Shown: positions 30,528-41,488, numbered from the stretch's first letter. The stretch is DNA of 64,000 bases from Candidatus Moanibacter sp. (GCA_965215885.1 CBDCEW010000064.1:1-64000), one strand, 5' to 3'. The notes: generated by a model from the letters alone, not told the origin. Program-made: numbers and translations.

Positions 30528-31268
30528 TCAATGATCCCTTCTCTTAAGACTGAAACTCTGCGCCGTTGGACCAACATCAGGCTGGGTCGCCAGAAACAGG
30601 GCTATCTCCGTTACATCCTCGGGTTGTTTAACCCACTCGCTCTCAATCTTGAAAACCCCAGACTGAAGAGACGCTAAATCGGTCACGACCGGGCCGGGGA
30701 TCAGTTCGTTAACGCTGATATTGTCCTTCCAAAGTTCCTGAGCGAGAACGCGCGTCAGCATCCACAGCCCTGCTTTCGAGCAGCAATATGATGATCTTGC
30801 CTCCATTCCATCATGACCCATGCCCGAACCAATCGTGATGATTTTTCCGCTTCCCCGTCTCTTCATGTATGGTATTGCCGATTTCGCACAGTAGTAAGCG
30901 CCCACCAGATTAGTCTCCAATGTCTCCTTCCATCGTTCCGTGTCGCTCTCTTCGACCAGATTTCGGTCCAAATGAACACCGGCGTTGATGAATACTATAT
31001 CGACCCCTCCAAATGCTTTGGCCGTTTCAGCAAAGAGATCTTCAGTGGCTTCGAAGTCGGTAACGTCGGCTTGAACGACTAAACTCTTTCCACCGGCACG
31101 CTCAATCTCCTCAGCAGTTGCTTCAATCTCCGCAAGCGTTCTGGCAGAGCAGCAGACAGACGCTCCGGCCCTGGCGCACGCCTTGGCAATCGCCTTTCCA
31201 ATGCCTCTACCGGCGCCCGTCACGATAGCAACTTTTCCATTCAATGTTCCTTCGTAATTTGCACTCAT
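30528..31268 (-). CDS. Short-chain dehydrogenase/reductase (SDR)
   Basis: TGAGRGIG, INAG and YCCSK (YxxxK). Confidence 0.92.
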   Translation of the reverse strand: MSANYEGTLNGKVAIVTGAGRGIGKAIAKACARAGASVCCSARTLAEIEATAEEIERAGGKSLVVQADVTDFEATEDLFAETAKAFGGVDIVFINAGVHLDRNLVEESDTERWKETLETNLVGAYYCAKSAIPYMKRRGSGKIITIGSGMGHDGMEARSSYCCSKAGLWMLTRVLAQELWKDNISVNELIPGPVVTDLASLQSGVFKIESEWVKQPEDVTEIALFLATQPDVGPTAQSFSLKRRDH

Positions 31269-31372
31269 ATTCTTTCAATCTCTTAAGAGATCTCACTCCC
31301 CGACCCTTGGAACCTCATTCTGATATTTTCGCAATAAGACCTGAAGTGCTTCTGCCCATTTCCAATTTGAAT

Positions 31373-31443
31373 CAAACGCCCCGGAGGGGCCGTTCCACCA
31401 CTATCAACCTTTCCAGCGGTGGATCGGGCGCTCCGCGCACGAT
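31373..31443. repeat. Dispersed ~70-bp REP-like doublet, family C copy 1
   Basis: CAAACG-CCCCGGAGGGGCCGTTCCACCACTA...GGTGGATCGGGCGCTCCGCGCACGAT; near-identical copy at 59085-59156. Confidence 0.85.
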
Positions 31444-31464
31444 AGTATTTCTACATAATATTGG

Positions 31465-32208
31465 CTACTTTTGCGCAGTTACGATTATCTTTGCCGTGTC
31501 GCATTTCGTGGATTTCCTCGAATCATACGAATTGAACGTCTGAATCCATGTGAACCCGAGTTCCTTCAAGAAATAAACCACTTCTGCCGGAGCGATGATT
31601 GCAAACGCAAAATGATCACTCACGAACGGCTCAGAATCCTCATCAATGAAATAATCGTCAAAGTGATGCATTAACCCCTCGTGAAAGTCCCATTCGTGCC
31701 GCAACGACTTTCGCACTCGAACTCCACCAACTTCCGCAAATTGGTCATCCCCCTCTCGGTAGTTCCTTAAAATCCAAAGAAAGTTCGAGAACTCCAAGAA
31801 CAGAACTCCACCAGTCCTCAATGCCGTATACATTCTCTTTATGCCATCCACACGCTCCCCAAGGGACGTAAGATAATAAAAAGGCCCATTGATAGCGGCA
31901 ATGAGGTCAAAAGTATCCTGTGCATCGAGCCCACCAAAGCCTCCTTCAAAGACCTCAATTGAAGGGTTGTCCTTGAACCTCTCCCGTGCCGCTACCGTAT
32001 AATCGCGATCGGGATCGCACCCTGTGACTTGCCAGCCGCAGTCTGCCAATGGGCCGAGTACTCTTCCCGGACCACATCCAAGATCGAGAACGCACAACCT
32101 TCCAGATAATCCGTAAGATGTTGCGAGCCATTTCAAGAATCCTACCACGCTCTCCGAATCAAAATGGTAAAATGCAGCATATAGTTGATCTCTGGTGATT
32201 TCTGTCAT
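31465..32208 (-). CDS. Class I SAM-dependent methyltransferase
   Basis: VLDLGCGPG, FDLI and LRTGGVLFL. Confidence 0.88.
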   Translation of the reverse strand: MTEITRDQLYAAFYHFDSESVVGFLKWLATSYGLSGRLCVLDLGCGPGRVLGPLADCGWQVTGCDPDRDYTVAARERFKDNPSIEVFEGGFGGLDAQDTFDLIAAINGPFYYLTSLGERVDGIKRMYTALRTGGVLFLEFSNFLWILRNYREGDDQFAEVGGVRVRKSLRHEWDFHEGLMHHFDDYFIDEDSEPFVSDHFAFAIIAPAEVVYFLKELGFTWIQTFNSYDSRKSTKCDTAKIIVTAQK

Positions 32209-32624
32209 GAATTCTTCGCTATCTCTTTAGTTCGAGAAGTCTCTAAATAACTGCACTCCCCAACACTTGAATCCGCTCGCTTCAAACTGTGCCCTGACAC
32301 ATCTTAGACTTTCCGTTCTCAAAATCTATGAACGTGTTTTCAGATTCTCAAACCCGAATATCCGGCTGCCAGCCTCATGAGAGTCCGGCCGCACAAGTCC
32401 TGAGCAAAGTCGGAATCACCTCTGAGGCCCTTCGAGCCGCGATTGATGAGGTGTTGAAAAAGGGTTAGATTCGAACGTCGCAAGGATAAAGGCTCATCGC
32501 TCGCGAGCGAGCTTCCTCGTAGCTCTTCTTTTCGGACTCTGCCAATTTGAGCAATGAACGGGTGTCGAGTTCGGAATCTTTAGTCATTACAGTTTCTATT
32601 CTGTCTTCGAGTTTGAAACGGTGA

Positions 32625-33374
32625 TTACAATTTGGCAGCATCGATGAAAAACGAATGCCCCCGTACCGACAATTCCCCCTCAACCTCAATCCGATCATGC
32701 AGGTCGCTCAACTTCTCACGATATTTCTTTACCGAGAATTCAGGAATATACGATGATATCGCTCTAAGATAAAATACTACTGCTCCAACGTCATAGAAAG
32801 CCGTAGGGGGAAATGCTTCATTTTGCCGAGCAATCGTGAATCCCGCTTGTTCAAGCTCCGATACGCAATTCTCCAGGTCCCAATCGGCAAATTGTTCATG
32901 TGCATCGCTTCCAAACAAGTCGCACAATCCTATATTATGGGTCGAGCCCACCTGCTGAGTAGTGAATCGCCCGCTCGGTTGCAGAACTCGAAAAATCTCA
33001 TTGGCCGCAATCGATGCATGGCGGTTTACCACGAGATCAAAGAAATCGCCTTCAAAAGGAAGCGATTCTACTGACTCAACATGCATCACCTTCACTCCCT
33101 TCGATTTCAGACGGTTCTCTGCAACCTGAGCATTAGGACGGTAGATCTCAGTCGCGTAAGTCTCAGATGGCAATCCGCCGATCCCAGATAGCCGCTCACC
33201 GCCACCGGTTCCAATATCGAGCATTCGAGATGTATCTATGGCGGCTTTCTCAACAATCTCTTTGTAATCCCACGGGACTTCCTCTTCTTTCCATCTCCCA
33301 TTAAGAAAAGAGAAATCCCAACCCGAGAATATCTGTTCTTCCGCTTCGGAAATTAGCTCGTCGAAGATTTTCAT
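32625..33374 (-). CDS. Class I SAM-dependent methyltransferase
   Basis: GWDFS, MLDIGTGGGE, FDLVVNRH and RVLQPSGRFTTQQVG. Confidence 0.9.
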   Translation of the reverse strand: MKIFDELISEAEEQIFSGWDFSFLNGRWKEEEVPWDYKEIVEKAAIDTSRMLDIGTGGGERLSGIGGLPSETYATEIYRPNAQVAENRLKSKGVKVMHVESVESLPFEGDFFDLVVNRHASIAANEIFRVLQPSGRFTTQQVGSTHNIGLCDLFGSDAHEQFADWDLENCVSELEQAGFTIARQNEAFPPTAFYDVGAVVFYLRAISSYIPEFSVKKYREKLSDLHDRIEVEGELSVRGHSFFIDAAKL

Positions 33375-33507
33375 TAAATATACTCCGAAAGGCCGACGTT
33401 TCCTGTTTTCCTGCTTTCCTTATTCAGCTCTCAATCTCGTAGAATCTACCATCCTACTACACATTACGAATTTTTCCCAGGAAGCTCGCTCAAAAGCGAT
33501 CATCTCC

Positions 33508-34068
33508 TTATGTTAGCTCCTCTCGGGTCGATTTTCGAATCACCAGATCGAAATTCACTTCCCCTTCCGGATTCTCAATCCCGGCATCAACCTGATATCC
33601 AACCCTTTCAAAGGCCCGGCGGCTGCGCGGATTATAGTCGGACACGTCGCATGCAAATATCAGATCAGCACTCTCAGTCTCGAATCCAAACTCCGTCAAC
33701 AGCCTGATCGCCTCCGTTCCCAGCCCCCTCCCCCACAGATCCTTCTCTCCGATCGTCAGGTCGATTCGACGGCAATCCTTATCGGGGTGCTTTTCAAGAA
33801 TTCGCGGGAGATTCATCCTCTGGAGCCAGCACTCCCCTACGTCTGTTCCCTCATGCTCGATGTTAAACATGAAAGCATTCATTGAAATCCCCCTGTAAAT
33901 CCGTTGAACCTCTTCCAGGCTGTAAGAATCCACCTCATTGCCGTCGGAATAGTATAAGACTTCCGGATCGGAATTCCATCTCACCAGGATGTCCCAATCC
34001 TTCTCCGTCATCGGACGCAGGGTTATATGATCTCCTGTGAGGGTGATAGTGTGCGTCTTGAGTCTCAT
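33508..34068 (-). CDS. GNAT N-acetyltransferase (RimJ/RimL-like)
   Basis: LRPMTEKD, IGEKDLWGRGLGTEAI and NPRSRRAFERVGY; start MRLKTH at 34068. Confidence 0.88.
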   Translation of the reverse strand: MRLKTHTITLTGDHITLRPMTEKDWDILVRWNSDPEVLYYSDGNEVDSYSLEEVQRIYRGISMNAFMFNIEHEGTDVGECWLQRMNLPRILEKHPDKDCRRIDLTIGEKDLWGRGLGTEAIRLLTEFGFETESADLIFACDVSDYNPRSRRAFERVGYQVDAGIENPEGEVNFDLVIRKSTREELT

Positions 34069-34162
34069 CGACTCTTGAGTAAGCCGTGTAAACCGATCAT
34101 ATTCATTTCTTGAAATGACGCAAAGATACTGAGCATGAACGACAAATCCGACTATCTTCGAG

Positions 34163-34226
34163 ATCGGCCGCAAGAGACCTTCCCACAACAAACTGCGGAA
34201 CTCGTAGGAAGCTCGCTTGCGAGCGA
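34163..34226. repeat. GTAG/GTGG REP doublet, family B copy 1
   Basis: TCGGCCGCAAGAGACCTTCCCAC ... GTAGGAAGCTCGCTTGCGAGCGA; sister copy at 52095-52157. Confidence 0.8.
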
Positions 34227-34404
34227 AGAACCCGTATTCCTGGCGCCAGTCCAGTTGAACGCCATTTTCGGACTTTTAATCGGATCGTCTGCAGCCGCAT
34301 TTTTCAAAGTATCCTGAAGCTCTGACGATTGGCGGAACGATGCGAATTCGACTGTTACCTCGTTCTATCGTATAACCCGTTTCCTGCCTTCCTGCCTTCC
34401 TTAT

Positions 34405-35073
34405 TCAACTCGAATCTCGTGGTTGCACACCCAAAAACTCGAACACCCTCCGATAACTACCCTCCCAATCTTCATGCGCATCCACCAATTCCACCTTTTG
34501 GAAAGGGCATTGCGTCCACAACGCATCCGTCACACTCTGCCAGTACCTCCAGAATTCCAAGTAGCCCTCGAAATCGGTGATTCCACGTTCTTGAAACCAA
34601 GGGAAAGCCAGATCGCGTTTCAAAAGCCAATCCACCCACATTTCGCCTCTGAACCGGCATGCCCTTAGAATGCCGTCATCGGTCGAAGTGTGACGAAAGT
34701 GGATTAAGATAGGATTCAGTGGCTCCAAAATCTCGATCGTGCGACGATTCAGTTCAAACAGATCGTGAGTGGGAAGTCCTGAATATATGATGAACGCGCC
34801 GATATTGATCCAGAATCGGTTGTCGATCAGATCTTTTACATCCGAATCTCTCTTCTGTTCGACGAAATCTCCCCATTGTGCGAGATACCGCTTCCCTTCG
34901 GTCGCCGAATATAGACCATCGTAGTCTATGACGACCGGATGGCCCTCATAGCTCTCATCGTGGCTCTTGGCAGGTTTACTATTCGCAATATACTCCTTTT
35001 GGAGATACCTTGACAGGGTAGTCTTACCGGAACACGGCAGCCCTTCAATCAGGATGAGTCTGGTCTCGATCAT
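34405..35073 (-). CDS. P-loop NTPase / nucleotide kinase-like protein
   Basis: LILIEGLPCSGKTT Walker A motif at the N-terminus. Confidence 0.7.
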   Translation of the reverse strand: MIETRLILIEGLPCSGKTTLSRYLQKEYIANSKPAKSHDESYEGHPVVIDYDGLYSATEGKRYLAQWGDFVEQKRDSDVKDLIDNRFWINIGAFIIYSGLPTHDLFELNRRTIEILEPLNPILIHFRHTSTDDGILRACRFRGEMWVDWLLKRDLAFPWFQERGITDFEGYLEFWRYWQSVTDALWTQCPFQKVELVDAHEDWEGSYRRVFEFLGVQPRDSS

Positions 35074-35082
35074 GGACCGATC

Positions 35083-35862
35083 TCAAAGGCGAGGATACTT
35101 CAGGATCTTCGATTTCATTGGGCCACGAAATCCCAACCTCTCGGCCGTCTTGATTGAAGCCACATTATCCGCGCCGCAACTCCAACGAATGCTGTAACCT
35201 AGCCTCAAACAATGGGCGATCAGATAGGCGCACGTCATTGTCGCGTGCCCCTTCCGCCGAACATCCTCACGCGTGACCAACCCGATCTCTGCGACTCCCA
35301 TTCCCAAGAAACCTGCATACGCCTCCGACAGTGGGCGGTCTCCATCACAAAGCGCAAAGCCAAAGCCCGCCTTCTCAAATCCCCTAAAATCTCCGTAAAT
35401 CGAGTATAGGTATTCCCTCCAGGCACACCGCTCCATCAGAGGTTCGTCGATCGGAACAATCCTCAGATCTCCTAACCCGTTCTGATAGAACTTCTCATAA
35501 AATTTCACCGATCGGAGATGCTCAAAATACTCGAAAAAGAGCCTCACTCTGTCGAATCCGCTCGGAGCTTGCCGCAATTCCATTGAGCTCGGCCAATAGA
35601 GTTCCACGATCGATTTCTGCCTGATACGATTCAATCCGGAAACCAGGAATTCAGAGTCAGGTTGTCGGGCGTAACACACGAAGTTTCCAAATCGCATATG
35701 GAGGATTGCCCTTCTCGGGTTCTCGAGATCGTCCACATAGACTGTACTCGGGTGATCCTGCTCAAGCGCCGAGTGAATGACTGGGTTGCTCGGAATTGAT
35801 TCTTCGAACAGCCCGAAGATCCGCGGATCGGAGGAATCCGTCGCCTTTTGCAGTCTCTTCAC
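35083..35862 (-). CDS. GNAT acetyltransferase
   Basis: EIGLVTREDVRRKGHAT and WSCGADNVASIKTAERLGF. Confidence 0.85.
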   Translation of the reverse strand: MKRLQKATDSSDPRIFGLFEESIPSNPVIHSALEQDHPSTVYVDDLENPRRAILHMRFGNFVCYARQPDSEFLVSGLNRIRQKSIVELYWPSSMELRQAPSGFDRVRLFFEYFEHLRSVKFYEKFYQNGLGDLRIVPIDEPLMERCAWREYLYSIYGDFRGFEKAGFGFALCDGDRPLSEAYAGFLGMGVAEIGLVTREDVRRKGHATMTCAYLIAHCLRLGYSIRWSCGADNVASIKTAERLGFRGPMKSKILKYPRL

Positions 35863-36121
35863 TTACTTTTCCATTCCTGCCATGTTATGCAGGTCTCTGT
35901 GCAACTCTGTGCTTCTCGGTGTCTCTCTGTGGCCCCTCTTCTTTACAGTCGAACTTCCCAATTTGGTATTGCCTGCCGATCATTCTTTGACCGACTTTAC
36001 TATCAGGACCCTCGGGAATATGCTCGCCCACTGATCCTAATAGGAATCGTAAAAGAAAAAATCCCTGACTGTGTCGTATTTTACCAGAGGATCCTGCTTG
36101 GATTCCATACGCAATTACCTC

Positions 36122-37153
36122 TCAAACCGCCATCAGTAGATTTCTCATCACTTTCGCGATCCCCCACACCCCATCTGAGGTATTCGACATCACCGTCATC
36201 ACGATATCCTCGGATCGCCTCACCATCGATTTGAAAGACACCCCCGCATCGCAGCCTTCCAGGTAATTGATCGGCTCTCTTTCCTCCCGAAAGTAGCTCC
36301 AGAATCCATGGCCATACCAGTCCTCGCCTCCTTCACCCACCTTTATGAAGGGGCGGAGTAAAGTCTCCGCTGTCTCCTCATTTACGATATCACCTCGAAA
36401 CAGCGAGTTCCAGAATCGCCGAATATCTCTGACCGTGGTGAACGCGCCGCCGTCGGAGCCCCCGACGATGGGTAGGCTGTCTTCGTTCGTCTTCCAACCC
36501 TCCTCACACTTTATGTATCCAAGAGCTGTCCTTTCAGGGAGCTGATCCATTGGAAAAAATCCCGAGTCGGCCATCCCGCATTCTTGGAATATCTCTTCTT
36601 CAACAAACGTCTGAAACATCCTTCCCGATACAGCCTCAACAATAAGCCCGAGAAGGATGAATCCACCATTCGAATACGAAAACCGGACCCCCGGTTCGAA
36701 TTTCATCTTCAAGTCGACAAACATTGGAACGTAATTCTCGAGCCTCTTCAGGTCTCGAAAGGGGACACTGAGGGTAAGGTTGTCAAAGTCCTCAATCTCC
36801 TCTTCGTCAAGATAGTCACCCACTCCAGATGTGTGTGACAAAAGATGGTCGATCGTTACCTTCGGCGAGACATTCGGCAGCTCGATATCGACACAGTCCA
36901 CCGCACAAGACTCAAACATCAGTTTCCCTTCTTCGATCAACTTTGCAATCGCAAGCGCCGTGAAACCCTTCGTTCCGCTGGCGATTCCAAAGCGCGCGTC
37001 CACCGTGTTCTCAATTCCCTTCGCACGATCGGCAATTCCGTAGGCCCGCTCAAACAAAACCTCTTCGCCCCCCACGATCGAGATCACACCAGAGAGACTA
37101 TCCTGTTCAGCCGCCGATTCGATTTCACGCAAAAATTTCACACAGAATTTCAT
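36122..37153 (-). CDS. Serine hydrolase, beta-lactamase/PBP-like family
   Basis: SGTK (SxxK), LLSHTSG, FSYSNGGF (YxN) and EGCDAGVSF. Confidence 0.9.
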   Translation of the reverse strand: MKFCVKFLREIESAAEQDSLSGVISIVGGEEVLFERAYGIADRAKGIENTVDARFGIASGTKGFTALAIAKLIEEGKLMFESCAVDCVDIELPNVSPKVTIDHLLSHTSGVGDYLDEEEIEDFDNLTLSVPFRDLKRLENYVPMFVDLKMKFEPGVRFSYSNGGFILLGLIVEAVSGRMFQTFVEEEIFQECGMADSGFFPMDQLPERTALGYIKCEEGWKTNEDSLPIVGGSDGGAFTTVRDIRRFWNSLFRGDIVNEETAETLLRPFIKVGEGGEDWYGHGFWSYFREEREPINYLEGCDAGVSFKSMVRRSEDIVMTVMSNTSDGVWGIAKVMRNLLMAV

Positions 37154-37203
37154 ACCTAAACCCTAACCTCAGCCCTCACTCCTCAATTGATCACCCGGGT
37201 GGT

Positions 37204-37953
37204 TCATGATTTCGAGAAAAGCTGTTTGAAAGGATGGGTCTCAATCAACTCGCTTATTTCGTAAATGATACGATCGGGACGAACCGAAGTATTTGATGGA
37301 AGACCCTCTCTTCTGAAGTCATTCCAAATCCCGAAGATTCCAACCGACTGTGCGCCCGCGACGTCCCATTCCAAGTTGTCGCCTACCATCCACACTTCTT
37401 CAGCCGACAATCCCAACCAATTTAGAGCCGACCGAAAAATCCCGGGATCCGGTTTTGCGATACCAACTTCGCCTTCAATCAAAATGCACTCGAAGAAGCG
37501 TTCAAGTTGGAATTTCGATACCTTCTCGCGCTGACCTTCAGCGTGTCCATTCGTGATTAGCCCCAGTTTTACTTCGCTTTGCGAAATGGCTTTCAAAGTA
37601 TGTTCTGCATTTGGGAAATACTCCAGTTTCTCCAATCTGCGTTCAGTAAAAGTGTCCGCCAGTTCATCCGCTTGATCGACGAACTTCGATAATCCGATTT
37701 CTGAGAATGCCATTCGTACAATCTCTCGCCGCGTATCACCTAAACTGTGCCGACCACGAGCGTGGCGATCCGGGTCTCGCCAATACCACATTCTTGAGCT
37801 ATTGATGGCTGAAAGGAGCGAGTCGAATTCCACACTATCAACCTTTTTCGAAAATTCAGCGCTGACGTCCTCCCACAATTTATCTGCGCTCGCCTCCAAT
37901 GAAATGATCGTGTCATCAAGATCGAAGAGGATTCCCTTTGGTGGCTTATTCAT
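37204..37953 (-). CDS. HAD-superfamily hydrolase
   Basis: LFDLDDT, ITNG, KPDPGIF and MVGDNLEWDVAGA. Confidence 0.92.
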   Translation of the reverse strand: MNKPPKGILFDLDDTIISLEASADKLWEDVSAEFSKKVDSVEFDSLLSAINSSRMWYWRDPDRHARGRHSLGDTRREIVRMAFSEIGLSKFVDQADELADTFTERRLEKLEYFPNAEHTLKAISQSEVKLGLITNGHAEGQREKVSKFQLERFFECILIEGEVGIAKPDPGIFRSALNWLGLSAEEVWMVGDNLEWDVAGAQSVGIFGIWNDFRREGLPSNTSVRPDRIIYEISELIETHPFKQLFSKS

Positions 37954-38196
37954 CCGTTGATTTGTCCAACTGTACTCAACCTCATCCCTTTACATCCAAG
38001 AAAAGACGACACAGTAAAAGTCATAGAAAGTCTCAATCGGACACTCTGTATAAACTGTCTGGAAGCTAAGATGTCATGAACACTGAAACCTGCATGCCTC
38101 GGCGTAGCGAAGCGAAGACGGGACACCCGAAACCTATGTATTCGCGCCCATTCGCGTTCATCTGTGGTTCCTCTTTTTCTCCCAGTCTGCTTGCGC

Positions 38197-39186
38197 CTAC
38201 AATTGTATATCATTGTTCAACGCCATCGGCACATCATTATCGAACAGCTTTCTGAACTGCTCTACTGCATCCCGCTTCCCCTCCAAATCAAAGCCGTCGT
38301 CAAGAAATACGCGCCCACCGAAATCGGCTACCTCCTGAACCACCCATTCGAAGCGATAATACGATAGCAATACCGGATCGCATTCAACTTTGCCCGTAAC
38401 CGCCTCGTATCCTGCGTAAAATGGTAAGCGATTCTCTGGGTCGATGAACATCAGGTCCCGTTCCCTCGGAGCCAGCATTACGCCATCCCAATCCAGGATC
38501 ATCCATTTCCCGTCAGTGGTAAGGAACAGATTGTCTTCGTGCAGATCGGCATGGCAGATCACGTTCTGCATATTCGCATTTCTAACGTAAGCCGCAAGTT
38601 CCCGCGTTCTTTTCAGGACATGCTCAAGTTCTTCCCGCTGATTGTTCACGACCTTCAACAGTTCCATTTCTGCCTCATCGGAACAATCGTCAAATCGTAT
38701 ATCGAGAACCCGGTTGAATCGCTCCTGGTGACGAGAATAAGACTCAACGGGCAAGAACCTGGCAACGTGATCTGGCAACTCCGTAGAATGGATTGCGGCA
38801 ACCGTTCTGCCAATATCTGTCCAGATATCATGGGTAGCATCTGCCGGCAACCCGCCTTTCATAATGGTGTTGCCCTCGAGAAACGGGTAGACAATCACCA
38901 CCCTCTCCTTCCACCGGACCCAAAGTTCATCTCCTCTAATTATGACTGGAGTAAGAATCGGCCTGATACCACATTCACTTTTCAGAAACGAAGGTATCGT
39001 CACAGATGCTTCAGAGAAATCCTTCTGCAACACTCGCACAAAATATCTCTCGTCCCCATCTTCTCCGATGAAGCACCAAGAAGCCTCACCATAGGGAACG
39101 TACCTCAACCGATCTAAATCGAAGGCATATTCCCTGCTCAGCGCACCCCTAAGGTGTTCCGGATCAAACGGCGGCTTCGTTTTCAT
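38197..39186 (-). CDS. Aminoglycoside phosphotransferase family, APH(9)/spectinomycin-kinase-like
   Basis: CHADLHEDNL (Brenner motif), LDWDGVMLAPRERDLMFI and LSYYRFEWVVQEV. Confidence 0.82.
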   Translation of the reverse strand: MKTKPPFDPEHLRGALSREYAFDLDRLRYVPYGEASWCFIGEDGDERYFVRVLQKDFSEASVTIPSFLKSECGIRPILTPVIIRGDELWVRWKERVVIVYPFLEGNTIMKGGLPADATHDIWTDIGRTVAAIHSTELPDHVARFLPVESYSRHQERFNRVLDIRFDDCSDEAEMELLKVVNNQREELEHVLKRTRELAAYVRNANMQNVICHADLHEDNLFLTTDGKWMILDWDGVMLAPRERDLMFIDPENRLPFYAGYEAVTGKVECDPVLLSYYRFEWVVQEVADFGGRVFLDDGFDLEGKRDAVEQFRKLFDNDVPMALNNDIQL

Positions 39187-39324
39187 AGGCTGCACAACTC
39201 CCTTTCGCTTGAATACGTGATTTCAATACATGTTGCATTGATCAAGTCACAGTGTATAGACGACCATCCAGGGAATGAACCGGTTACCAGTTTGGGTCTT
39301 TAGAACGCTGATTCTCATCATTGG

Positions 39325-41340
39325 TTGGGGATGTTTTTTCCGCTCACGCTCAGCGCTGGGCTGGATATTCCAACGCCGAAGAATGACCTTTTTCGGACCC
39401 TGGAATCCTTCGATTTTGATGGTAGTTCGAAGAGTGATCTATTGAGGACTTTCGGAGAACCGGCTTTTCGTGAATTCGATTTGTCTGTTTATGCCTTCGT
39501 TAATTTCAGCGGTTGGAAAAAGGGACTTGGGATTAGCGGGGCTGTGCTCTACGACCTTATCGTCGCGGCAGGCGGAGGAGGGACCTCAGGCCCAAGTGGG
39601 TTGGCGCAGTATAGCGATGCTGTTGAGCGGAACACCTATCTCCTGTCTGTGCAATTTGATAAGGATGATCAAGTACGTGATTACTCCTTTAAACTGAAAC
39701 AGCCGCCTCATCGGGCAGTCCCGGTAGAAGCTTTCTATCGTCTAAGGGAAATGGATGAGGATATTCGAGTTTTTAGCGGTTATGCGAAGCGTTGGAAGGA
39801 TCCCTTATCTTTTGTTAATTCGATTGTAATCTCACCAGACAGCCGCCTGATCGCGGCAGGTTATTCGAACAACACAGTCAGAATATGGGATCTTGCCACC
39901 GGTAGATTTGTGCATCGATTGCACGGTCAAGTGAGGTTCCCATCCATTGAAAAAAGTCTACTTTATCCAATCAAGGAATTGGATTTCTCTCCGGATGGAA
40001 CTCTCCTGGCGACGGTGGGAATGGATCGTGGAGTGAAAATATGGGATATTAACAAAGGCGAAACACGGGCATATCCGACGTCCAAGCACAAGAACCTTTA
40101 CGAATACGAAGTTCCAGTTTCTCTGAAATTCCTCCCTGACGGTAACTCAATTTTTACTGCTAGAGGTCGAAGGCTAACCCTTTGGGATGTCGAAACGGGC
40201 CTTGAGGAGTGGAAGATTACCACAAGCGACGCTAATATCGCTTCTTTGGCAATTGGTCCGAGCAACGAATTGGCGGCTTCTCTAGGTAAAAATGGGAATA
40301 TCACTCTGATTGATTTGAAGAAGAAGGAGCAGATCTGCCTAATTCCGGGAAGGTTTACCGATGTGTCGTTTTCTCCGGATGGAAAATATCTAGGGGCCAG
40401 TACCTCGTTTCATTTTGTCTTCTGGTCCATGAACGAGATTCAGGATATTCTTGATGGGCGAGAGAAAAATGGGCCCCAAGGACTCGCTCAGATTTCGGAA
40501 CAGACTGGAAGACATTTATTGCACATTGATCCAAGCGACAACCGCGAATGGTATTCCGATGTCAGCTTTAGCTTTCTGGCGGACGGCCGGACTGTTCTGA
40601 TTTGCAATCCGAATTCTTACCTCAGATTTTTCGATCTCACAAAAATGTCAGTTGAGGCATCACTTCCTGTTAGAGGATTTCCAGAAGGGGATATCGTGAC
40701 CAGTCCCGATGGCCGATTATTCGCACTCAAGTCCGGAATCGATATCGCGGTCTGCGAGATCACTGACGAGCTTCGATCAACGATTCAGGATGAGAAAAGG
40801 AGTGCTTCCGAAGCCTCAGCCAATCCGCATGCCATTCGTCTCGAATATGAAGTCGATATGCCGACCTACATCAGACACAAATTACGGTTGGCTCAACACG
40901 CCGAAAGCTGGAATCATCCTCTCGTCGGTATTTATTCGCTGCAAATTAGCAGCACGAGAGTTATTGAACGCCCGGAACAAAGCAATGCAACTGAACTCGT
41001 TCCCGGTGACTATTTTCTAGCGACAATCAAGCATCGGGATCGATTAAGATTCGTTTCGCTCTCAATACCAAGTCTAAATCTATTTATGGTTTTTCCCGAG
41101 ATGCTTCACCTACCGGAAAACATATTAGGAGAATTTCCTTTCGAAGAGGATACTGACGGTTTCGGAACTCTTCGCGGCAAATGGGACCCCTCGTACTCGA
41201 ACTTTTCGTACTGGTTACGAAAGGATCGAACAGAAGCCGAATTGAAAATCCTGGACGATAGGTCGATACGGATTCAATCAACTTCCGAAAGACGAGGAAA
41301 GACGGAGCAATGGACCCATTTTCTAAAAAGGATCTTCTGA
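39325..41340 (+). CDS. WD40 beta-propeller protein with BamE/SmpA-like N-terminal domain; the real start is probably ATG 39275, across a frameshift
   Basis: Repeats SPDSRLIAAG...VRIWD, FSPDGTLLAT...VKIWD and FSPDGKYL; N-terminal SKSDLLRTFGEP...VQFDKDDQV. Confidence 0.8.
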   Translation: MGMFFPLTLSAGLDIPTPKNDLFRTLESFDFDGSSKSDLLRTFGEPAFREFDLSVYAFVNFSGWKKGLGISGAVLYDLIVAAGGGGTSGPSGLAQYSDAVERNTYLLSVQFDKDDQVRDYSFKLKQPPHRAVPVEAFYRLREMDEDIRVFSGYAKRWKDPLSFVNSIVISPDSRLIAAGYSNNTVRIWDLATGRFVHRLHGQVRFPSIEKSLLYPIKELDFSPDGTLLATVGMDRGVKIWDINKGETRAYPTSKHKNLYEYEVPVSLKFLPDGNSIFTARGRRLTLWDVETGLEEWKITTSDANIASLAIGPSNELAASLGKNGNITLIDLKKKEQICLIPGRFTDVSFSPDGKYLGASTSFHFVFWSMNEIQDILDGREKNGPQGLAQISEQTGRHLLHIDPSDNREWYSDVSFSFLADGRTVLICNPNSYLRFFDLTKMSVEASLPVRGFPEGDIVTSPDGRLFALKSGIDIAVCEITDELRSTIQDEKRSASEASANPHAIRLEYEVDMPTYIRHKLRLAQHAESWNHPLVGIYSLQISSTRVIERPEQSNATELVPGDYFLATIKHRDRLRFVSLSIPSLNLFMVFPEMLHLPENILGEFPFEEDTDGFGTLRGKWDPSYSNFSYWLRKDRTEAELKILDDRSIRIQSTSERRGKTEQWTHFLKRIF

Positions 41341-41488
41341 TAGTTCCCTTGCTGATTCAGTTTCTGTTTCGAGAAAAGGGAGTCAAAGGATCAGAAACTA
41401 GCGGGGTCTTGACACCCTTCCAGCGAAATCAACAATTGGAAGTTTCGCGGTCGCTCTGTTGTTAATCTTTCAAATTTGGAAGAGCCCC

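Noticed and set aside
32380..32590. Possible decayed antitoxin/PIN pair
   Set aside because: Only a short helix-like peptide (KSYEEARSRAM); there is no convincing PIN motif.
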